Of a stretch of DNA of 64,000 nucleotides, positions 29,484 to 40,693 are shown in pieces. Source of the DNA: Bacteroidota bacterium (GTDB lineage Bacteria > Bacteroidota > Bacteroidia > Flavobacteriales > Flavobacteriaceae); NCBI GenBank assembly GCA_027620655.1, contig JAQCDS010000003.1, positions 10,449-74,448 of the forward strand, written 5' to 3'. Under the pieces are notes generated by a model, which saw only the letters and a program-made list of their open reading frames with translations, was not told where the DNA came from and did no database searches. The number at the start of each line of letters is the position of its first letter. The stretch's first letter is position 1. Position numbers and translations under genes: made by a program.

Positions 29484-31885
29484 TAGTTCTGGTAAGTTAT
29501 AGCAAAAATCAAATTTGTTCCTGGCCCACTTATCCCAGATGCAAAAGGCCGATACCCTTTGTTTGTAATGTTTTCGATGGCTCCAACAAATGAAACTGTT
29601 TTACTAAAATTATATTGTGATCTCAAATTAAACGTAAGCCATGCAGGAGCATAGGGGTTTACGTTTTCATCTAAAGCAAATAAATGTTTTGATAATTCAT
29701 GAGAAATATCTTCATAAGATAATCCAGCATTGTAATTTATATAGCCATCCAAAGTTGTCTTGTTGTGCTTCCAAATAACATGCATATTCCCAAAAGCAGG
29801 AGCGACATGGCGCATTGGTGAATCTATATTTTGTGCATTTTTTTGTCGTCCATTAGAAACACTATATTGAGAAGTGATTTCCAAAGCTTTTGATAGACGA
29901 GCACGAAGTCCTGCTTCAAATCCTGTAACCCAAGCTTCTGAGGTGTTTTGAATAGCTTGAACTTCACTAAGTTCTCCATCATATTCAATTTCTGAAACCC
30001 CATTAATGCTAAAATTATTTCTTACCATAGCATTATCTAAATAAGTATAATAGGTGGAAAAATCAAGCAATACAGAATCGTCTATATTAATTGTTAGCCC
30101 TAACTCCCCCCCATAGGCATGTTCAGGGCTCAAATGAGGATTTGGTGCAACAACCAACCCTGGTTGTGAATCAAAAACCTTTCCGATGTCATCTATATTT
30201 GGTGCTCTAAAAGCAGTGGTTGCATTTAATTTCCACAAAAATGTCTTGCTCTGTTCCCATGTTAGCCCTGCTGTACCAGTAAGTGCGCTTGTATTAAGAC
30301 TTGTGTCATAAAATGGCAATTCATAAAATTGAGCATTAGATGATAGATCTGTTTTAATTAATATAGAATTGTAACGAATACCTGACTGTAGGGTTAACTT
30401 CTCAATTGGTTTGTATTTAAAACTTAAATATGCTGCTAAACTAGACCATTCTGATCCGTCAGGATAGCGTGGTGCAATGCTTTCAATAGTATTGTTATCA
30501 ATATTTATTGATGCAGCTTCAGAGCCCACTTTATTATAGATATATTCTGCACCATAAGATAGGTTTGTTTTGTCAGTAAGTGATTTATCAAAATCAAGAT
30601 TTAAGGACAGGGCTCTAACTTTTTCGGCTCTACTTTTTCTACTAACAGATTCAAATTTTCGGCTAATTCGGCTTTCGCCAAAATATTGATAAGCCAAGGT
30701 CGTTTTAATTTTATCATAAAAATTTGATCTACTACTTAACTTTGTTACTTGAAAATTGGCCAACAACCATTGTTGTGGACCATAATCCCATTCTGCATAT
30801 TTCAATGAGTTATCAGAATTTTGAATAACTAATCTGTCATACCTCGGAATATTTGAGGTTGTTGTGTAATGTAATCCAAAATCGAAAGTTAATGTTTCTG
30901 AAGGCTTAAAAACTGCTTTTTGTGCTAAATGAAGCTGACTAAATCCAGTGTATTTTTGTGTTCTAGGATTATGATTGGGCATCAAAATATCTTGATTATT
31001 TCTTTGAGTAACATAAAATGGTGTTAGATATTCTTTTATATCTGTTTTCCCCATTTTTAAATCATCAAAATCTGAAAAACTGATATTCGTGTGAAACCCC
31101 CATTTTTTGAGTCCTAAATTTAACCCCAATTGAACTGTCCTTTCGGCATTGGCTGTAGAATATCTTAGGTTACTTTTTGTAGATACATCTGGCATATCAC
31201 CCTTTGAAAACTCAGGTGTTGTTGTATAAAAATTCATAACGCCCCCTATTGCATCACTTCCATAAATAACAGACCCCGCTCCCAAAATAACTTCTGTATT
31301 TTGGACATTAAAAGGGTTAATGGAAATTACATTTTGGATATTACCACCTCTAAAAATAGCATTATTGAGTCGAACACCATCGACAGTTATAAGCACTCGA
31401 TTTGTAGAAAATCCTCGAATCATTGGACTTCCTCCGCCCAATTGACTCTTTTGTACAAATACACGTCCACTATTGGCTAATAGATCCGCAGCAGTTTGTG
31501 GGCTTGAGCGTTGGATGTCTTGAGAATTGATACTAATGATTTTTTGGGGAACTTCTTTTCTAGTTTGTTCAAACTTAGAGGCAGAAATGACAATTTCATT
31601 TAAGTCTGTAGATTTTGGCGATAAAAAAATAGTGTCGCTTACTTTTGATTTTAGCATTGATTCTTTGTGATATGATATGTGCTGAAAGTAAACTCTTTCA
31701 AAACTTTGAAAACGTACTAAAGATGCCTTGCCGTCAAAATCTGAAATATCTGTTTTGGTTTTAAATAAATTAAAAACCGCAACTCCTGCTATAGGTTCTG
31801 AATTTGTTTCATCAACTACAACTATTTGTTGTGCAGACGAGTTCCACAAATAAAAAAACAAAAAACAAATAAAAAGTGGTTTCAT
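29483..31885 (-). CDS. TonB-dependent receptor
   Basis: SQLGGGSPMIRGFSTNRVLITVDGVR plug; YGSDAIGG; FRAPNIDD. Confidence 0.9.
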   Translation of the reverse strand: MKPLFICFLFFYLWNSSAQQIVVVDETNSEPIAGVAVFNLFKTKTDISDFDGKASLVRFQSFERVYFQHISYHKESMLKSKVSDTIFLSPKSTDLNEIVISASKFEQTRKEVPQKIISINSQDIQRSSPQTAADLLANSGRVFVQKSQLGGGSPMIRGFSTNRVLITVDGVRLNNAIFRGGNIQNVISINPFNVQNTEVILGAGSVIYGSDAIGGVMNFYTTTPEFSKGDMPDVSTKSNLRYSTANAERTVQLGLNLGLKKWGFHTNISFSDFDDLKMGKTDIKEYLTPFYVTQRNNQDILMPNHNPRTQKYTGFSQLHLAQKAVFKPSETLTFDFGLHYTTTSNIPRYDRLVIQNSDNSLKYAEWDYGPQQWLLANFQVTKLSSRSNFYDKIKTTLAYQYFGESRISRKFESVSRKSRAEKVRALSLNLDFDKSLTDKTNLSYGAEYIYNKVGSEAASINIDNNTIESIAPRYPDGSEWSSLAAYLSFKYKPIEKLTLQSGIRYNSILIKTDLSSNAQFYELPFYDTSLNTSALTGTAGLTWEQSKTFLWKLNATTAFRAPNIDDIGKVFDSQPGLVVAPNPHLSPEHAYGGELGLTINIDDSVLLDFSTYYTYLDNAMVRNNFSINGVSEIEYDGELSEVQAIQNTSEAWVTGFEAGLRARLSKALEITSQYSVSNGRQKNAQNIDSPMRHVAPAFGNMHVIWKHNKTTLDGYINYNAGLSYEDISHELSKHLFALDENVNPYAPAWLTFNLRSQYNFSKTVSFVGAIENITNKGYRPFASGISGPGTNLIFAITYQN

Positions 31886-31886
31886 T

Positions 31887-32606
31887 TTAATTAAATACCT
31901 GATTCAGAATAGCAAGGGATTTTGGAGATTTGAAGCCTTGCAAATGTAATTTAAAATACAGTAATATCATATTTAGCAGCTCTTGCTTTTCTGAAGAACT
32001 TGTTAATTTTTCATTATCTATATCAAATTTCGTACCTAATATTGAATTAAATAAAATTAGTTGCTCTCCAAAAATACAATGCTGCCCAGTAGCTTTGTTT
32101 TGATATTTCCCTTCTTCTAAGTTGAAGTACTGCATATTCATATCTGTAACTTCTGGCGAAAATCCAATATATTTTGTTAGTCCCATAAGAAACTTATAAT
32201 GAAACATGCTGCTTTTTTCTACAGTGTCAAACCATAAAAGTGTGGTTTCAATATATGTAAAAAGGGCGGAGTTAGATTCTTCTTCCTTTAAAATTGTATT
32301 TAATATTTCAGCTAAAAAAATAACAACTGTGGATTTTAAAATTTGAGTATGAAGCGATTTATAAGAATGTAAAATTCGAATAGTTTTAAAATAATGTAAG
32401 TCTTTATTGCTTTTATAGTCTACTTCAATTTGAAGCATCGAAAGAGGTTGAAAATATGCGGGTTTAAATTTTCCTTTTTTGGATGAAAACGCACCTTTTA
32501 CCAAAAAACTCATCAAACCATTTGATGCTGTATAACATTTTACAATAAGGTCGTTGTCCTTAAATTTTATTTTGGATAACACTATTGCTTTTGTAGGAAC
32601 AATCAT
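31887..32606 (-). CDS. recO: DNA repair protein RecO
   Basis: TKAIVL..KFKDNDLIVKCYT N-terminal OB pattern; FNLEEG; KSLAILNQVF. Confidence 0.9.
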   Translation of the reverse strand: MIVPTKAIVLSKIKFKDNDLIVKCYTASNGLMSFLVKGAFSSKKGKFKPAYFQPLSMLQIEVDYKSNKDLHYFKTIRILHSYKSLHTQILKSTVVIFLAEILNTILKEEESNSALFTYIETTLLWFDTVEKSSMFHYKFLMGLTKYIGFSPEVTDMNMQYFNLEEGKYQNKATGQHCIFGEQLILFNSILGTKFDIDNEKLTSSSEKQELLNMILLYFKLHLQGFKSPKSLAILNQVFN

Positions 32607-34966
32607 TGGCGAATAAGCATAATTTTTAAAACTTTTGTTTCTAAATTATCTAGGTCAGAAATCATCACAACATAGACTCCAGAGGCTACTGTTTTATTGG
32701 CTAAATTTTTACCATTCCAATAAGCTGTTCCGCCATCAATTTCTAAATTATTGCCATTGAATCTCAAATTGGTATTGGACTCTGCCTCTGCAACCAAATT
32801 TCCCTCAACATCCGTAATTTTAATATTTACATTTTCGCTAAGATTTTGAATCTTTACTTTATCTAATTCCAAATTAAAACCAGGACGAACAGGATTTGGA
32901 TAAACAAATGTATCTTCTAAAGAGTTGGACGGGCTAGACCCCCCTGCCTTAAAAGACACTAATCCTCTTGTAGTGCCAAAATAAATGGTCCCATTATCTT
33001 TATTTTGGGCCATAGTATTTACGTTGTTTGAAGGTAAAGGGGAATTGTCTTTTGTAAAATGGTATATGGTTTTTTGACCATCGGAACTCAAATAAAAAAC
33101 ACCAGCATCTGCTGTAGAAATCCATTTATTATTTGAGCCATCTACAATGATATCTGTTATAAATTGAAGCTCCAAAAGTTCTTTTGGCAATCCATCTTCA
33201 AGAATAACGATAGGTTCTGTTTGAATGGTTTCTTCTGTAAAAAAATTGGAAGTATTGTATAAAATTCTTAGTCCTTTAAGAGTCCCAATCCACAATACAT
33301 TGTTTTTGTCCAATGCAAGCGCTCTGATATAATTTGAAGGAAGGTTTGCGGGGTCTTCTCCAACAATCTGTTTAATTAAATTACCTGTTTCATTAAAGCC
33401 AATAACACCATTATTAGCAGTTGTAACCCATTTAGTACCATCTGGGCCAATGGTAAATTCCTCAAAACCAATTTCATCATTGATTGGATCATTAATAATT
33501 GCACTAAAACTATACGATTGCCATTGATTAGTTGCAGGATTAAATCTTTTTAGAGGTTCTTCTAGCAAACTTGTTAGTGTCCATAAATATCCTTGATTGT
33601 CAAATTCAGTGTCAGATACTCTAATGCTTTTATAATTTGGAGCTCCTGCGAGTACTAAAGATTGTAAGCCACTATTGGTTTCATCTAAAAGTTCTATGGA
33701 ATAGTTTTTTTGGAAATTTAATAGCCCATGATGAAAAGAGCTTATAAAAACTTCATTTGAGTTTAAAGGGTTAATTTCAATGTCATTGAGATTAAAAACT
33801 GGCTTTTGAATCGTCTGTTGAATACTATCATAGGAAATACTTGTCCATATTTCATTTTCATAATAACTAAATCCTAACTTTTTGAATGGGCTAGGGTTAA
33901 AATATACATCATAATCCCCAAAAGTAACCCACAGATGCCCATAACCATATTTTAATGAAAAAGGTGTGTTTTGTAATGGCCCATCTGGGTAAACTGCCAA
34001 AAAATCATTGGGGAATGATACTGAATTTTTCAAAAGCCCCTCATTTTCTGTTCCAATAAATATTATATTTGTCTTAAACAATCCTGATGTTAGAGGTGTA
34101 TTAAACTCTTCAGGTAAAGTATAGTTTTCTAGTAGGGTAAGATTTGTATCATAGCGCTGTACATCAACTGTCGTAACCACCAAAAGATTTTCAGCATTGT
34201 TTTTAAGTTCCAAAACATCGTTAGAAAAATTCAGTACAAGTGTTAACGTAGTTCCAATAATTTGATGCAATGTATTATCGGATTTTAAAGTGTATATTAC
34301 ACCCTGAACTCTATTTAAAGCAATAAAATTTCCTGGGAATAATGTGTTCCATGTTTGAAAATCTATCAGGTTTGAACTATTAATGTCTGCAGCCTTTAAT
34401 CCTGTATTTGTTGCTGCATAAATAAGATTACCATTAATGAAGGTTTGATTTATTTGAATTTGAGAACCATTTGCTCCAATGTAGTAAGTGTCTCCAAACT
34501 CTAAGGCTTCCAAGTCATAAACTGATATTCCATAATTTGTAGAAATATATACACTAGTCTCGTCTTCAAAAAAGTGGTTAATTTGTTTGTTTTCAGGTGG
34601 AATACTTGTTTTGTTCAATATATCAACAACTTTTAGAACTGTTTTTGTAGTGAGGCTATAAATCTCCATAAGTCCTGATTGATAACCAATTATAAGTAAA
34701 TCATAGTCAATACTATAATGCATGGTTGAAATATATTCTCCAGAAAGACCATTAATTGTTGTAATTGTTTCTCGCTCTTCTGTTATGGGGTCATAAGAAA
34801 AAATAGCGTTTTCACTTGCAGCATAAATTTTATCACCCCCATCAACAACTGCTTGGATTTTGGTATAAGAAAAGTAGCCTTCCCAAGCATCATTATCAGC
34901 TGTTTGGCCAAATAAACCTTTTACGAAAAAAAGAAGTATTAAGTGTATGTATAATTGCTGGTTCAA
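32603..34966 (-). CDS. porZ: PorZ-like beta-propeller protein with T9SS C-terminal domain
   Basis: WEGYFSY N-terminus; LPSNxI/V propeller repeats; VYPNPVR and WNGKN..VASGVY CTD; adjacent to recO. Confidence 0.75.
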   Translation of the reverse strand: MNQQLYIHLILLFFVKGLFGQTADNDAWEGYFSYTKIQAVVDGGDKIYAASENAIFSYDPITEERETITTINGLSGEYISTMHYSIDYDLLIIGYQSGLMEIYSLTTKTVLKVVDILNKTSIPPENKQINHFFEDETSVYISTNYGISVYDLEALEFGDTYYIGANGSQIQINQTFINGNLIYAATNTGLKAADINSSNLIDFQTWNTLFPGNFIALNRVQGVIYTLKSDNTLHQIIGTTLTLVLNFSNDVLELKNNAENLLVVTTVDVQRYDTNLTLLENYTLPEEFNTPLTSGLFKTNIIFIGTENEGLLKNSVSFPNDFLAVYPDGPLQNTPFSLKYGYGHLWVTFGDYDVYFNPSPFKKLGFSYYENEIWTSISYDSIQQTIQKPVFNLNDIEINPLNSNEVFISSFHHGLLNFQKNYSIELLDETNSGLQSLVLAGAPNYKSIRVSDTEFDNQGYLWTLTSLLEEPLKRFNPATNQWQSYSFSAIINDPINDEIGFEEFTIGPDGTKWVTTANNGVIGFNETGNLIKQIVGEDPANLPSNYIRALALDKNNVLWIGTLKGLRILYNTSNFFTEETIQTEPIVILEDGLPKELLELQFITDIIVDGSNNKWISTADAGVFYLSSDGQKTIYHFTKDNSPLPSNNVNTMAQNKDNGTIYFGTTRGLVSFKAGGSSPSNSLEDTFVYPNPVRPGFNLELDKVKIQNLSENVNIKITDVEGNLVAEAESNTNLRFNGNNLEIDGGTAYWNGKNLANKTVASGVYVVMISDLDNLETKVLKIMLIRQ

Positions 34967-35029
34967 AAATTAAATTTTATCAAATATATTTATATCAAAC
35001 GACAAATCAGTTGATTATTATATTTAAAC

Positions 35030-35060
35030 AAAAAAGCTTCTACGTTGTAGAAGCTTTTTG
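35030..35060 (-). terminator. Intrinsic terminator after gdhA
   Basis: AAAAAGCTTCTAC-gtt-GTAGAAGCTTTTT. Confidence 0.85.
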
Positions 35061-35079
35061 CATTTTAGTTTATTAGAAA

Positions 35080-36426
35080 TTAGACCACACCTTGAGCGAG
35101 CATAGCGTCTGCAACTTTTACAAATCCTGCAATATTTGCACCCTTTACATAGTCTATATATCCTGTTTCTTCGTCTTTCCCAAATTCAATACACTTGTCG
35201 TGGATATTACTCATAATATCCTTGAGTTTATCGTCCACTTCTTTTCGAGTCCAATTATATCTAAGAGAGTTTTGGGTCATTTCCAAACCAGAAGTTGCAA
35301 CACCTCCAGCGTTAGAGGCTTTTCCTGGTGCAAATAAAATTTTGGCCTTCTGAAATGTTGCAACGGCATCTTTAGTAGAAGGCATATTAGCCCCTTCACT
35401 GACACAAATACAGCCATTTTTAAGTAATGCTTTAGCATCGGTTCCATTGAGTTCATTTTGAGTGGCACAAGGCAATGCTATGTCACAAGGTTCTCCCCAA
35501 GGGGTTTTATTGGCAACAAATTTTGCATTTGGATAAGCCTCAACATAGGCACTAATACGACCTCTCTTGTTGTTTTTTAAATCCATCACAAAAGCTAATT
35601 TATTTTTATCAATTCCATCATAATCAACAACATATCCAGAAGAATCTGATAATGTTATGACCTTGCCGCCAAGCTGAACAACTTTTTCTGCTGCAAATTG
35701 TGCAACATTTCCAGAACCAGAAATTGTTACTGTTTTACCTTTAATATCATCGCCTTTTGTTTGCAACATTTTTTGTGCAAAATAAACGGTTCCATAGCCT
35801 GTTGCTTCTGGTCGAATGAGAGAGCCACCCCATGTTAATCCTTTTCCTGTAAGAACACCAGTAAATTCATTTTTAAGTTTTTTATACATTCCAAACAAAA
35901 ATCCAATTTCTCTTCCACCAACTCCAATATCTCCTGCAGGAACGTCTGTATTTGGGCCTATATGGCGAAACAATTCACTCATAAAAGCATGACAGAAACG
36001 CATAATTTCGTTGTCACTTTTTCCTTTTGGATCAAAATCACTACCCCCTTTTCCTCCACCCATTGGAAGCGTTGTTAAACTATTTTTGAAAACTTGTTCA
36101 AAAGCTAAGAACTTTAAAATACTCATATTTACTGAGGGGTGAAATCGCAACCCCCCTTTGTATGGGCCAATGGCTGAATTCATTTGAATTCTATACCCTC
36201 TATTGACTTGAATTTCGCCATCGTCATCTACCCAGTTTACTCTAAAGGTAACTACACGTTCTGGTTCAACCATGCGAAGGAGTATATTTTTGCCATGATA
36301 AATATCGTGTTTAACAATATACGGAATAACTGTTTCGGCAACTTCCTCTACAGCTTGTAGAAACTCTGGCTCAAGACCATTTCTTTGTTTGACTAAGTCT
36401 AAAAATCCTTCAATTTTTTCTTTCAT
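35080..36426 (-). CDS. gdhA: NADP-specific glutamate dehydrogenase
   Basis: GPYKGGLRFH, GGGKGGSDFDP, DVPAGDIG, GSGNVA. Confidence 0.97.
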   Translation of the reverse strand: MKEKIEGFLDLVKQRNGLEPEFLQAVEEVAETVIPYIVKHDIYHGKNILLRMVEPERVVTFRVNWVDDDGEIQVNRGYRIQMNSAIGPYKGGLRFHPSVNMSILKFLAFEQVFKNSLTTLPMGGGKGGSDFDPKGKSDNEIMRFCHAFMSELFRHIGPNTDVPAGDIGVGGREIGFLFGMYKKLKNEFTGVLTGKGLTWGGSLIRPEATGYGTVYFAQKMLQTKGDDIKGKTVTISGSGNVAQFAAEKVVQLGGKVITLSDSSGYVVDYDGIDKNKLAFVMDLKNNKRGRISAYVEAYPNAKFVANKTPWGEPCDIALPCATQNELNGTDAKALLKNGCICVSEGANMPSTKDAVATFQKAKILFAPGKASNAGGVATSGLEMTQNSLRYNWTRKEVDDKLKDIMSNIHDKCIEFGKDEETGYIDYVKGANIAGFVKVADAMLAQGVV

Positions 36427-36596
36427 TTCATTTAATTTAGGAGCACTATAATTACTAATTGTTGTGCAAATATATAATATCCTTAAAAATAAATAGATAT
36501 TTTTTTAAATTCGTAATAACTGACTATAAATTTACTTTAAAATTACGAATATCTCAATAAAAAGATAAGCATTAAAAAAGGTAATAACAGTGTTTT

Positions 36597-37739
36597 CTAA
36601 CGGTTTAGCGCTTGCTTTAAATCCTCAATAAGATCATGCTGATCTTCAATACCAACACTTAATCGAATTAAAGAATCAACAACTCCTGTTTTTTCGCGCT
36701 CTTCTTTTGGAATACTTGCGTGTGTCATACTTGCGGGATGACCTGCTAAAGATTCTACACCACCGAGTGACTCTGCAAGCGTAAAAATCTTTAGGCGTTC
36801 TACAACTTTTATAGCTTCTTCATAGTTATTGCCTTTTGTTGTAAAGGATAACATTCCCCCAAAATCATTCATTTGTTCCACTGCAATGTCATGGTTTGGA
36901 TGTGATTCTAAACCTGGCCAATAGACGGTTTCTACTTTTGGATGGGTTGCCAAGAATTCGGCAACCGCTTTACCATTTTCACAATGTCTTTGCATCCTTA
37001 TATGCAATGTTTTTATACCTCTTAAAACCAAGAAACTATCTTGTGGACCACAAACTGCACCACTCGCATTTTGAATAAAATAAAGTTGCTCTGCAAGTGC
37101 TTTATCTTTGACAACCAATGCTCCCATTACAACATCGCTATGTCCGCCAAGATATTTGGTAGCGGAGTGCATCACAATATCAGCGCCTAAATCTAAAGGC
37201 TGCTGTAGATATGGTGTTGCAAACGTATTGTCCACTGCTAATAAGATTTTATGTTGCTGTGCTACATTTGCCACTGCCTTTATATCAATGATATTGAGCA
37301 TAGGGTTGGTGGGAGTTTCAACCCAAATAAGCTTAGTTTTTGCGTTGATATGATGCTCAATTTGTTTTACATTTTCCATCCCAACAAAATGAAATTTAAT
37401 TTGAAATTTCTCAAAAACCTTAGTGAATAAACGGTAGGTTCCACCATACAAATCATTTGTTGAAATGACCTCATCTCCGGGTTGTAATAATTTTATAATC
37501 GCATCTATGGCGGCCAACCCCGAGCCAAAAGCTAAACCAAAATTGCCGTTTTCTATACTTGCAAATGATTGTTCTAGCGCATGTCGAGTTGGGTTATGTG
37601 TTCGAGAGTATTCATATCCTTTATGCCCGCCTGGTGTAGTTTGTGCATAGGTTGAAGTTTGATAAATAGGAGGCATTACAGATCCATACGCCTTATCTGG
37701 AGATTGTCCTCCATGAATTGTTTTGGTGTTAAATTTCAT
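36597..37739 (-). CDS. Cystathionine gamma-synthase/lyase (Cys/Met PLP family)
   Basis: YSRTHNPT, VDNTFATP, HSATKYLGGHSD, AESLGGVESL. Confidence 0.93.
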   Translation of the reverse strand: MKFNTKTIHGGQSPDKAYGSVMPPIYQTSTYAQTTPGGHKGYEYSRTHNPTRHALEQSFASIENGNFGLAFGSGLAAIDAIIKLLQPGDEVISTNDLYGGTYRLFTKVFEKFQIKFHFVGMENVKQIEHHINAKTKLIWVETPTNPMLNIIDIKAVANVAQQHKILLAVDNTFATPYLQQPLDLGADIVMHSATKYLGGHSDVVMGALVVKDKALAEQLYFIQNASGAVCGPQDSFLVLRGIKTLHIRMQRHCENGKAVAEFLATHPKVETVYWPGLESHPNHDIAVEQMNDFGGMLSFTTKGNNYEEAIKVVERLKIFTLAESLGGVESLAGHPASMTHASIPKEEREKTGVVDSLIRLSVGIEDQHDLIEDLKQALNR

Positions 37740-37754
37740 TTTTTACTGCTATAA

Positions 37755-38219
37755 TTACTGTGAAATGATTGTGTTTTTCATGGCTAAAATGTAGCCTAGA
37801 TGGATTCCTTCATGAAAATTATTAAACTCTAAAGCTTCTTCAACATTTGTAAGTGTACTTTTGGTAGAAACTGTATAAGTTGTATAGTTGGTAAAAATCC
37901 CTGCTGCATAATCTCTCTGGGTTTGCTCAATAGTTGAGGTTAAGAGACCTTTTAAAAGATCAACATCTTTTTGTGATGCATCTTCTTCTGTTTTAGTACC
38001 TTTTCTAAAGGCCTCAATAAGTTGAGAATCTATAAGCATTGGTAGGCCCGATAAACCATAAACCAGTAGTTGTTGAGTAACAACAACATGCATAATGTTC
38101 CAATATATAGAATTTCGATAACCCTTGGGCACTGTATTGAGTTGTTCTAAAGAAAATTGTTCTAGAAATTTATACAGTATTGCTCTGGTTTTTAGGGTAA
38201 TATCAAAACTCCAATTCAT
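37755..38219 (-). CDS. DinB-family protein
   Basis: NSIYWNIMH and HEGIHLG His motifs. Confidence 0.8.
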   Translation of the reverse strand: MNWSFDITLKTRAILYKFLEQFSLEQLNTVPKGYRNSIYWNIMHVVVTQQLLVYGLSGLPMLIDSQLIEAFRKGTKTEEDASQKDVDLLKGLLTSTIEQTQRDYAAGIFTNYTTYTVSTKSTLTNVEEALEFNNFHEGIHLGYILAMKNTIISQ

Positions 38220-38287
38220 AATTAAATCAAATATTTAAAAAGTTAATATAGAAATGATTTTCTTTGTAAAAGTAATGAAACAATTGC

Positions 38288-38647
38288 ATGAAAAAAATCT
38301 ATTCTCTTAAAAGTTGTAATACCTGTCAACGCATACTAAAAACATTGGAAATTCCTAAAGGATATATAATTCAAAATATAAAAGAATCACCTATATCAAA
38401 CACCGATTTAGAACATCTAAAAACACTATCGGAAAGCTATGAGGCCTTGTTTAGTAAGCGTGCTAAACTGTATAAAGAAATGGGGCTAAAAAACAAAGTT
38501 CTGAAGGAACATGATTTTAAGCAATTGATTCTAAAACATTACACCTTTTTAAAACGACCGATAATAGTTGTTGAAAATCAAATTTTTATTGGCAATAGTG
38601 TAAAAACTATTGAAGCAGCAAAATTGGCTCTAAAAAATGAACAATAG
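38288..38647 (+). CDS. ArsC/Spx-family protein
   Basis: SCNTCQR CxxC and LKRPII. Confidence 0.85.
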   Translation: MKKIYSLKSCNTCQRILKTLEIPKGYIIQNIKESPISNTDLEHLKTLSESYEALFSKRAKLYKEMGLKNKVLKEHDFKQLILKHYTFLKRPIIVVENQIFIGNSVKTIEAAKLALKNEQ

Positions 38648-39573
38648 AACCGCAGCGCTTATCGCCTTAGTATTGGTTCAACTCTTTTATGGTGTAACCT
38701 ATACGTTTGCCAACGATGTAATTGTTGGTGGCTATATAATGCCTTTTGGATTTATCGTTCTTCGTGTTGTCTGCGCAACATTTCTTTTTTGGGGGTTTAG
38801 CTTAGTGGTGCCAAGTAAAAAAATTGACCGAAAAGATTTTCCTAAACTCATCGCTGCCGCCTTTTTTGGTGTTGCCCTAAACATGCTTGCATTTTTTAAA
38901 GGACTTCAATACACCACTCCTATTGATGGCTCAGTTATCATGACTAGTGTGCCAATTATTGTACTTATTTTGTCTGCAATAATACTCAAAGAGCAGATTA
39001 CAAAACTTAAAATTGTGGGTATTGGCCTTGGTTTGTTAGGTGCTTTAGTTCTGATTTTATATGGTCAAAACTCTGAAAATAGGGAGAATATTATGTTGGG
39101 TAATATTTTAGTACTTGTCAATGCTGCATCATACAGTTACTACTTAATTTTAATAAAAAAATTAACTGCAAAATACCACCCATATGATTTTATAAAATGG
39201 TTATTCTTGTTTGGATCCATTATGGTATTGCCATTTGGTTATGCAGAACTTAGTGCTGTAAACTGGCAAGGTTTCCCGTCCTACATTTGGTTTTCTGTGG
39301 GGTTTGTGATTGTGTTTGCAACCTTTGGAACATACCTTCTTAATCCTTTGGCGCTGAAAAAATTTAAAGGCCACAACAGTCAGTACATTCTTATATTTCC
39401 AACCTATTTTTGCAGGAATTTTTGCCATCGCCATGGGTAGCGACCAATTTGACCTCATCAAAGGCTTAGCAGCACTATTAATTTTTATTGGTGTATATTT
39501 GGTTTCTAAAATTAACCTTTTTGACAACCATAACTCATTCATCAATAGAATGTTTGGAGGATGGCTTTATTAA
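38637..39573 (+). pseudogene. EamA/DMT transporter with a 1-bp insertion near 39363-39365
   Basis: After LALKK the +1 frame gives LKATTVSTFLYFQPIFAGIFAIAMGSD..LIFIGVYLVSK, the usual EamA C-terminus. Confidence 0.85.
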
Positions 39574-40648
39574 ATTTATCAATCCAAGAAAAAGTGCATA
39601 TTTCTCTAGGGATTTGCTATATAGCTTTGAAGCCTCCAATACAAAAGTAGATATGCGCTATGTGTGCATTTCAAACAACAATATACCACAAGCACTGGCA
39701 TTGGTACAAATCATCGAATTGAGTGTTGATGTCATTCTAAAAAATATTAGGGTATCTCCTTTTTTTCGTAAAATTTTAAATGCATTTTTTTGTAATGACC
39801 ACATTAAAATCATGTTTTGTGGTAATATATTCTTGAGCGGAGAACATGGCATTAGCTTTTCTGAAAATTGTAACAAAAAAAATACTGTTAAGCAAATTGG
39901 TAAAGCGCTAGACAACATTGCAAAAACCACTCACCCATTGCACGCTATTTTTATCAAAGATTTTGAATCCTCAGCACTAGAGTATAGTTCAGCTTTTGAG
40001 CATTTTGGATTTACTAATATCAAAGTAGAGCCCAATATGCTTATTACTTTAAAACCGGAATGGAAAACCTTCGAAGATTATAAAGCAGCATTAAAATCAA
40101 AATATAGAGTTAAAGCCAATAAAGCAGACTCAAAAAGTAAGGCTCTAGAGCGGCGTGTTTTTTCAATAAAAGATATTGAAACATATAAAAATGAACTGCA
40201 AAATCTATATCAAAATACTATTGATAATGCCAACTTTAATGCACAGGTATTAGATTTGAATACCTATATCAAACTCAAAGAATCATACAAAGACAATTTT
40301 ATTGTTTGGAGTTATTTTTTAGAAGATAAAATTGTTGGATTTTTATCCGCCTTAAAAAATAAAAATCACCTTGATGCACACTTCATAGGGCTTAATTATA
40401 GCCTAAATAAAACCTATGGCATTTATCCGAGAATACTAAACGATTATATTCGTTTAGGTTTAGAAAAAAAGGTGGAAATCATAAACTTGGGGCGTACCGC
40501 TGCTGAGATAAAATCAACCATTGGCGCAAAACCCTTAGCATTGAGCTGTTATATTAAACACAAAAACAAATTTCTCAATGTTTTGGTTAAACCTTTTTTT
40601 AAAAAAATACAAATCAAAAGCTTCAAACAACACAGCCCATTTAAATAG
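39521..40648 (+). CDS. GNAT/FemAB-like acyltransferase domain protein
   Basis: LKSKYR, INLGRTAAEIKSTIGA motifs; likely start is the in-frame TTG at 39521. Confidence 0.7.
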   Translation: MTTITHSSIECLEDGFIKFINPRKSAYFSRDLLYSFEASNTKVDMRYVCISNNNIPQALALVQIIELSVDVILKNIRVSPFFRKILNAFFCNDHIKIMFCGNIFLSGEHGISFSENCNKKNTVKQIGKALDNIAKTTHPLHAIFIKDFESSALEYSSAFEHFGFTNIKVEPNMLITLKPEWKTFEDYKAALKSKYRVKANKADSKSKALERRVFSIKDIETYKNELQNLYQNTIDNANFNAQVLDLNTYIKLKESYKDNFIVWSYFLEDKIVGFLSALKNKNHLDAHFIGLNYSLNKTYGIYPRILNDYIRLGLEKKVEIINLGRTAAEIKSTIGAKPLALSCYIKHKNKFLNVLVKPFFKKIQIKSFKQHSPFK

Positions 40649-40693
40649 TGTTGGCTTTTCTGTATCTTTGAGCCATAAATTTAACAAAAAGGC

